The notes beneath the pieces are model-generated. The model was not told the origin of the DNA. It searched no databases and worked only from the letters and a program-made list of their open reading frames with translations. The position numbers and the translations under genes were made by a program. Positions 55,416 through 64,000 of a stretch of 64,000 nucleotides of DNA are shown here, in pieces. Numbering within the stretch: position 1 is the first letter of the stretch; every line of letters begins with the position of its first letter. The stretch is from contig CM022677.1 of assembly GCA_012295275.1 (NCBI GenBank), positions 248,001 to 312,000 of the forward strand, given 5' to 3'. This stretch comes from Chrysomallon squamiferum (lineage: Eukaryota > Animalia > Mollusca).

Positions 55416-57009
55416 GAAACACACACATTTCCCTTCACATACACACAACATACCCATTATCTCTGTAACAAAACACATACTCAACTTACACACCTATATA
55501 CAACACCTATTTCTATGTTACCATATATATCAGTTTATATATTTTTATTTTATCTATCTGCTCACATTCTGATCCATAAAAATAACCATCTATGAATCAT
55601 CCGTCAATCTCCCTGGCTACCTCCTTGTATAACGATTTGTTGCCTCTGTCTTTCTGTATGTCATTTATGACATAAGCACACTCTCATTCATACACATTCT
55701 AGCACATTAAACACATGAACCTGCTCTTCCATATAGATGTGGTTACCACTTATCTACCTATCCACCACTCTGTATCTCTCTTTGTGTCTATATATCAACC
55801 TGTTGAGTAACTATCTACACACATACCTACCTGTCTATCAACCTATCTGCTAGTTCTATCTTATCTAGTTTGTTTTTATCTTCTCCATGCAAGAATATTC
55901 CATCCATCTATTTTCTACCCAACTGCCTGCCTACCTACATATCTATGCCTACATACCTACATTACAACCTGTATTTCTGTCTGTCCATCTACAAACACAC
56001 TCTGTCTATAAAACTTTATTTAGTTTCTCTCTCACTGTCCAAATTAGTTGTTATTATCATTGTACCTTCTCTTTCTGTCTGTGTATCTTCCTCTCTATCA
56101 GTTTATCTAGGGTCTGTCTTCAGTCTCTCTGTCTGTCTATCTATATTTTATTATTCCATTTTCTTACACCTGCCTAACTATGGCTACTTGTCAACCTTCT
56201 GTTTTTCATGCAGTCTGTATAATCTGTGTATCAATCCATCATCTGTCTTTCTATCCATCTGTGCATCTGTTACTGGATATTGTTAAATTTATTATTAAAG
56301 TTAAAAAACACACACGTTTATCACTTAAATTTTCAATAAACAATCAGCTTCTTTTTAAAGTACCTCTCACATTTAATTATCTGGTATTCATTTACCTTCA
56401 CCCTAATATATTTATTTAAAAAGAGTACTTACCTGGAAACCCATCCGTATTTCTCCATGTCTACTGGGCTAATTGTTTAGAATAAAAGTTCAACCTTTAC
56501 ACTCTTCTTTTCAATATCAATCTGTGTGTAGATAATAAAACATCTCCTTAATTTCAGGTCTTCTCACTTCTTCCTTTTTAATAAAAAACAAAAAAACCCA
56601 TTAATGTTCACGTCTCATTATGCACTGATCTATTTATAAAGTAAAACCTGAAATTTAACGTGCTGCTTCCAAAAACTTTCTCTCTCACTGTCCAAATTAG
56701 TTCTATTATCTTTCTGTCTGAGTATTATCTCTCTAAATGAAAGTGTATGATTAATCAAAAAATTCAGAGATTATTTATCAAATTACGTAATTAAGAATAT
56801 GTCAGATTAATTATAAATGCTGTATTACAATAAGAGGCAATTTCAGTATCTTTATTCTATAAGGGTTGGTCAGAAGCTAAATATTAGTATTACAGCACAG
56901 ACTATATTGATAATTACAGATGTACTTTACTTAAGATGTATGATAACATTACGCTGCCTAAAAAAAAAGTATATCCGCTCTCAAAGAACAATTCTAATGA
57001 AATTAAATA

Positions 57010-58562
57010 GAATAGCATCAAAAATATATAGGAAGCTTCCGTTTTTACAGAAACAAAGATATTAAGGTGTTATTACTGTTGTTGTTGTTGCTGTTATTTA
57101 GCTGTTGTCAAAGGGAGGAAATAAAATAACATTTTAATCTTTTTTGTTCTTAGCTAATCAGTACAAATTTCGTTATTCCAGGGAATTAACTCTGAGATTT
57201 TTAAATGTAGCCTGTACGATATTAATAAAATATGAGATTAACATTTCTCAACATACTTAACTGTAAATATCACCGCTCAACATATATGCATATGTACGTA
57301 CATACATATGTATGTATGTATGTATGTATCTTTTGAAATACATAAATAGTATATGAAATAGTATATGAAATAATAAATGCGCGGGTACTTGCTGTTTAAG
57401 ATATTTCTTGTTTCTCTTCGGTCGCTGAGTAGACTTTTCATGTTGCACTCGGATGTTTTTCAGATACGATGGAGTGCACCTCCGTGTTTGTGACATAAAG
57501 GTCACTTAATTCTCACAATTTTTATTTTTATTAAGTATTATTCATACTTCTCATTATTCTCTAGCACTTTTTACTAATTATTCCTCATACTTTCTGAGCG
57601 GGCGCATCACCTATTAAAATATATTGTTGTCATTTCTATTAATTTCACCGACGTTTCCGTGGTACGGCGATTGTTCCTGACGTTACTGATGTACTCCTTT
57701 TCGTTTTTTATTTGCTGTTATTCTTATTGTCTGACCGTGCCCTTCCTATGTTAAAATGTATGATTACTATGTTTATTAATGTGCTGAAAGGAAAGATTAA
57801 TGTTCATCAGACACACAGATACAGAGACCAGCATATCGTAAATTATATTAGAGAGTAAAATGAAAATTTCAAGTAAGAACATAGACTGTAGAGAATACCT
57901 GTATTTTGGGAGATATAGAGATTATTTTCAGTTTATTTTGATTATTATTATTATTATTATTTATAAAAAAAATAGAAGAAAACTTAAATGATATTCCATT
58001 ATGTATACAAAGTTATCATGTTTTTTTGTTTTGTTTTTAATTTTTTTGTAAACGAGTGCTGTATACACTATATATCCCATAGTTTTAAATAAGTAAAAAT
58101 AAGGTAATATTTTTAATTAAGGATACTGCTATTTACACGAATAAATTATATAACATCACATACTTATAAACAAGAAAAAATAAGGTGTCAGTTTTACTGA
58201 AGGATAACGCTATTTACACTGATAATTTTACCACTGAGTTATAAATTTTATAAACGTGAGCACTATTTAGTACTTTACATTTCTGCTTATTCATAACTTC
58301 AGTGCAAGTTGTATTGTGTAATATACTTCATATTTCAGATTACACCATAACTTCTCCTTTTACATAAGAAATCAATATATCCGCTCCCCAGTAATTATCA
58401 ATATGTCAGTGAAGCAGACGCCATGTTTGTCAAAGTCCTCTCTTTGTCAACAGTACAACAATAATAACAACAATAACACCTTAATATCGCACCTTCTCAC
58501 CTATTTATTTATTTATTTATTTATATAAAAAAGGAAGCTTCCTGTATATTTTTGATGCTATA
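57010..58562. repeat. Inverted repeat arms of about 110 bp (57010-57119 and 58436-58562)
   Basis: tagcatcaaaaatata.aggaagcttcc...gatattaaggtgttatt...ctgttg.caaag.gagga is the reverse complement of tcctc.ctttg.caacag...aataacaccttaatatc...ggaagcttcct.tatatttttgatgcta. Confidence 0.8.
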
Positions 58563-58761
58563 CTTGTAGATTCTTTATTTATTTATTTATTTTAATTTTG
58601 TCTCTCTGTTTTGGCTCGGGTTTTGTGACATCAGTTGTGAAGACTGTGTTATTCACGTTCCTACACAAAGTAGCTGAAAGTTTCGTAAAGTGAGCTTGCA
58701 TTCTTAAAATCTTTTAAAGTCACTTCATCTGGTGAAACTGATAATTTAATAAGTAAGAGTT

Positions 58762-59003
58762 TCATACGTTGTGCATGATGGTCATGAATCTTTCAGAGCA
58801 AACTGGACAATTTCTTCTGCTTCTAGACCACCTCTCCAAACAGTTGAAACAAAATTCATGTAAACACGAGTCTGCATGACATTTATCTAAAAATTCTTCT
58901 GAACACAAAGAACAAGTAGGTGACTCATCTGATTCAGGCTATTGTGTTGATTCAGCAGTGGTGAGTGATGCTGATGTTGATGTCCCTGGTCTTTCTCCAC
59001 GTG
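58762..59003 (-). pseudogene. Truncated paralog of the 9233-9904 RING gene
   Basis: RGERPGTSTSASLTTAESTQ*PESDESPTCSLCSEEFLDKCHADSCLHEFCFNCLERWSRSRRNCPVCSERFMTIMHNV*. CAG>TAG stop at 58939-58941. Confidence 0.92.
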
Positions 59004-61166
59004 ATAAATAAATAATAACTGACATTAAGAAAACACTTCTTATTAAAAACACTTCAATAAAAACAACAAAGATAAAGATCACAATCTGAAAACAAAAATC
59101 AAATAAAAATATGATTTCCTTTATAAACTTTTATCTGTGTATTTTACCAGCACATAAATATCAGTATCAGTGTATCAGTATATTGTGAATTAACAGAATA
59201 TCTTATCATGTTATTCTGTGTAGGTGTATCAGAATATTTTATCATGTTATCCTTTGTATCAGAAAATGTTGAATAGAGTATTAAAAAAAATTATACAAAC
59301 AGGATGGTATAAAGTATTACTTTCTATATCAGAACACTGGATAGAGGCAACAGTCATCTGTTAAGTTGTATGGTTGAAATTAACATTCTTTGTATCAGAA
59401 AATGTTCTATAGAGCATTTTTAAAATCATTTTCTATGAAGTAGAATTGACATTCATTCATTCATTCATTCATTCATACATTTTGTAAAAACAATGGTTAT
59501 TTAATCTCAGTTATTTAAAGATAAGCTTTCATCCCTGTCCATTTCACAAAAAGAACTGACATCATTTTATGAGCACATGATAACAATACACATAATTACA
59601 AATGAAAGGATTTTTTTTAATTTTTAATTTTTTTTTTATCTGTTACCATTATTTTATTATTTTTATTTATTTATTTATTTATTTATTTATTTTTGTTATA
59701 TGTGAGCCTTTCAATGTGCATCAAGGCAAAAACCAACTACTCTGTTTAAAGCTTATCTTTAAATAATTATGCATATACACTTTATGAACAGGGAAAGACA
59801 ATGAAAGGAAGAAAGAACGTGAAAGAGAAAATCAGAAATGCTAGTGAGAGAGAAATAAAAATATTATGACATCATCACTATACCTGACTTTTGCCTCCAG
59901 TTCTGTACTTTTAACATCATCAACTTTTCTGTTAATTCTTGACACTATGAATGGCTGTCCAAAAATCTCAGCCTAGATAACAATAAACAAGTTTTTGAAA
60001 ATTATTCATATTAATCATTATTAGACAATGTTGCAGCTGAGAGAAATATTTACGGAAAAAATTGTCAAATCAGATGGATATTTACCGATTATACATAGAC
60101 TTAGATAGACATAGGTAAATTATATAGATAGACAAGCAAAGTTACATATAGTCACAGACTTAAAGACAGACAGCATGTTAGAAAGACAGACAAATATAAA
60201 ACAAAATACAAACATACATAGATATATTTATTTAGAATGTAAAAGTATTTAGAGACTGGTAGATATTGGGTAGATAGGTAGGTTGATGATGTAGACCAAC
60301 AGACAGACAGACAGACAGGTTATTGTAGACATACACTGGTAAATAGATATATAGTTTGCAGTAACAATAACACACACACACACACACAGACAGAAAGAGC
60401 AACAGACTGACAGATTGGGAGTAGTAGGTAACTCAAATTACATTTATATATAATTAATCAAACATTGATGATTTAAATGGAATACCTCTCCTCTGTTGTA
60501 GTAATCTATGGCCTTGTCTACAGATACACAATCAGACATCAGTATCCATGCTATTCCACTGTTTAAACAAGTAATTGGATCCTGGAAAATTCAAGCAGTA
60601 GTAGTAGTAATAGTAGTAGTAGAGGTAATTTGTAGTAGTAGTAGTAGCAGCAGTGGTAGTAATAGTAGTAGTAGCAGTGGTGGTGGTAGTAGTAGTAGCA
60701 GTGGTAGTACTAGTTTTGGCAGCAATAGTAGAGCAGGAGAGGAGGAGGAGCAGGAACAGCAGTTGTAACAGCAATAGAAACAACAGTAGTATTTGTAATA
60801 GTAGTAGTTGTAGTAGAAATAATAATACATTATAATAAGACTAATAATAAGAAGAAAAGCAATAGTAATATTAATAATAATTGTAATAAGACAAATAAAA
60901 TAATATATGAATAATAATAATAATAAGATATTACATTAAATCAACAACAAAAAAGTGTGATTTCAACAACTGTTTATATGTGAGAAGGAAATTATTGTTC
61001 ATTACATAAAAAAGAAAGGAACGTTTTAGAAATTAATATAAAAGTTGATATTAAAACTGGATGGAAACGTTCATATATATGTTAAGTATTGTAATGAGAA
61101 ATGCTATTTCATATTAATCATTTCTTATTTATTAATCTCCCTCTTGCTCTCTTTCTGAATATGTAA

Positions 61167-61215
<49 letters not shown>

Positions 61216-61863
61216 CTATATGTTTCGTTTATTTATTTTCTTGTTCTTTTAATTATAAATACATATGTAGATTTTATTCAAACAAATATACATACGTATA
61301 TGTGTGTATGTGTTTTTATAATAAAATCTGTGTAGGTATTTGTAAAGAAAATAAAGTTAATAAAACTAATGTTGTTATAATAATAACTTTTTAAAACTAT
61401 TTATCCAACAATTGCAGATATATATATAGATATATATATATTTTTATATATGTGGGTGTGTGTGTGTTTGATGTGTGTGTGGGTATGTATATGTATCTCT
61501 GTATTCTTTTGTTTTATATTTGTCTATCTTTCTATCTTTCTGTCTGCTTTATGTCTGTGAAAACGTTAAAATAATAATTATAATCATATATTAACAAAAT
61601 CTATATATCTATATGTCTATCTACATATCTGCCTATGTGTCTCTCTTTGTATGTTAATACACAAATGAAAAAATTTAAAATTACACACAAACAGAATATA
61701 GCACATACATATACTTTGCTTATTACCTGAAGCCAAGTAGGTACTTCTCCATCTTTCTTGGCCCCAGTGATAGTGTTCCATTCATCAACTGGCAGAATAC
61801 ACTTCTTAGATTCTTGAAATTTGATATACTTTCATCACTTTCAGTTCTCTTCTATATTATTTT

Positions 61864-61931
<68 letters not shown>

Positions 61932-63549
61932 TGAACATAGAGAGGCTTCAAGTGAGAGACAACCACATATAAATATTCATAAATAAGCAGAATAGATATA
62001 TAGAAAGATAGATAGATAGCTGTGAACTGTTATTACTGTACTACTACTATATAATCACTCACCATGACATTTCAATTTGGCTGCAATGTCAAGGACATCA
62101 CCTAGTGACAGTGTCAGATGTTTCCTTTATCTGTGAGAATGGCTGGACAATGCATCGTATTACCCAGCATTCTTAGAGAAAGATAAATAAATAAATAAAT
62201 GAGATGACAACTTTCAGTAAATATGAACCATATAAATGTTAAAAATAAAAACTAACTATAACTGTTTACCAGGATGTCCTCCAAGTGCTGTCAATTAAAC
62301 AGGAAGCTGAAGGGACAATTACAAGATGATTCAATTTTCTCCCCTGACTTCTTGACAGTGATTAAAATCAATTAAATTTATATGAATAATTTAAAAAGAA
62401 ACAACTTAAAACAGCATCAACAATAATAAACCCTTTTATTTAATTTTTTCTTTCTTATTTTTACCACTGGATTAACTTAGGTTAGGGTTAGGATTAGGGT
62501 TAGTTCTAGTGTCAGGTTAGGACGAGGGTAAAGCTTAGCTTTAGCCTGTTTATTTATTTATTATTGTTTCTTTTTTATTACTTTTATTGTTCTTTTTTTT
62601 AAAATGTATTTATTTATTATCAATGGCAGCAGCCAACTTTGTGAAAAGTTAATCCAATTTCATTTTCATTTATGTTTTTCTTCTGATTGTTAAGACACAA
62701 CTTTGTCATTGGTGATGACTGTCCAACAACTGACAACAGTGACAACAGACCCTCCTTCTCCGATAGGAAAAAAAGATTAATAAAAAAATGTTTAAAAACC
62801 TTGAATTTAAAATTTAAAATTAAGGATGCAGGAACTGCTACTGTGACTACTGCAACTAAAGCTACTGTTCCTACTGCACCTCCAATAAAACTACATAGCT
62901 TCTATTATTATTATTACTGCTACTGCTGCTATTACTAAACCACTTATTATTACTACTGCTGCTACTACAACCTACTACAACTGCAGCTATGATAACTCCT
63001 TTACTACACCAGTACATTAGCTTTTATTATCACTATCCTACAATGTTAGCTATTATTATTATTACTATCCTTTTAACTGCTATTGCTACAGTGGTAGCTG
63101 TTATTGTTACTACCACAGATGCTGTTGCAACTATTACTACATAATAGCTGCTACTACCACCACCACATTACATATTGCTGCTGATGTTTTTGGTATAATT
63201 ACATCTCCGTCACAAATAATAAAGAACTTAAAACTTTTTTATTTACAAAATGCTATTCAGAAGTGTTATTTTTCCTCTTCTGTGTGTGTGTGTATAGTAA
63301 AATATGCAAGCTTATATTTTATTATTTTGTATTAAGAACTAACTTTTTACTGCAAAATACAATTTATTACCTAATGAGTTTCCACTAATATTCAAGCTCT
63401 TTAACTCAGAGTTGTGTCCCTTGGTGGTATAAAAATAAAAGACTTAGGGCACTGTCAGTTTAAATCTCAAATTTAATTAAAACAGGCCTGAGTATTTTGT
63501 AAAGCATTTAAACATATAAAGTGATAACCAAATATTTCTTACTACATAC

Positions 63550-63770
63550 ACACACACACCATTATCCGAGTAGTAGCAATAATCACTATTGCTGATAAAC
63601 TCACACAAACACACTATTATCTGAGTAGTATGATTTAACACTGTTGCTGATACACTCACACACACACACTCACACATACACACAGAGAAGCAGTGGTCAC
63701 TATTGTTAATACAAACACACACGCTGAGTAGCAGTTTTCACTATTACTGATAAACTCACATGCACTCTCA

Positions 63771-63809
<39 letters not shown>

Positions 63810-63917
63810 TTGTCTGAGTAGTAGCAATTATCAGTGTTGCTGATACACACACACACACAGACACACACTCACAACTATTATCGATATCACAGTACACTTA
63901 CATGGGCACACATGCAC

Positions 63918-63972
<55 letters not shown>
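63550..63972. repeat. Compound minisatellite (ctgagtagtagcaat...ttgctgata units) interleaved with (CA)n
   Basis: Direct observation. Confidence 0.8.
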
Positions 63973-63980
<8 letters not shown>

Positions 63981-64000
63981 ACAATAACAATAAAATAACA

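Larger units (their letters stand above)
56433..62306 (-). pseudogene. Multi-exon pseudogene fragment of an unidentified protein with an RRM-like segment; exons 62270-62306, 62063-62171, 61727-61851, 60486-60581, 59884-59972, tentatively 56433-56521
   Basis: All exons GT-AG with chained phases. Translation FLFN*QHLEDIL/NAG*YDALSSHSHR*RKHLTLSLGDVLDIAAKLKCH/EEN*K**KYIKFQESKK...VPTWLQ/DPITCLNSGIAWILMSDCVSVDKAIDYYNRGE/AEIFGQPFIVSRINRK. DP.T...G.AWI...S..KAI...N..E.FG.P..VS resembles RRM RNP1 through beta4. Confidence 0.75.

Noticed and set aside
62476-62530. TTAGGG-like run as a telomere
   Set aside because: Only a few degenerate units, internal, and duplicated at about 33732; better explained as part of an interspersed repeat.

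Overview
Eukaryotic, very AT-rich, microsatellite-dense DNA. The perlucin-like lectins and transposon types suggest a mollusc (inference). There is a 200-N assembly gap at 4009-4208. The window is a segmentally duplicated mosaic: one multi-kb block recurs three times (about 11.7-14.1, 20.3-29.4 and 47.0-52.4 kb). It is interleaved with decayed transposons (Tc1, Gypsy-type LTR with PBS, pogo-like, two LINE pieces, piggyBac, MULE). It also carries intron-retaining fragments of unrelated genes, almost all on the minus strand: CAMSAP/patronin CH domain, MCC coiled coil, TSP1 repeats, an unidentified RRM-like protein and perlucin-like C-type lectins. Two units look potentially intact. One is a Topors/ICP0-type RING ORF (9233-9904) with a repeat-derived hydrophobic tail. 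The other is a small spliced gene encoding a 41-aa DPF-repeat peptide, whose last exon carries a perfect 15-nt complement to its own start-codon region. All homology calls come from manual translation and motif recognition; no database search was run.
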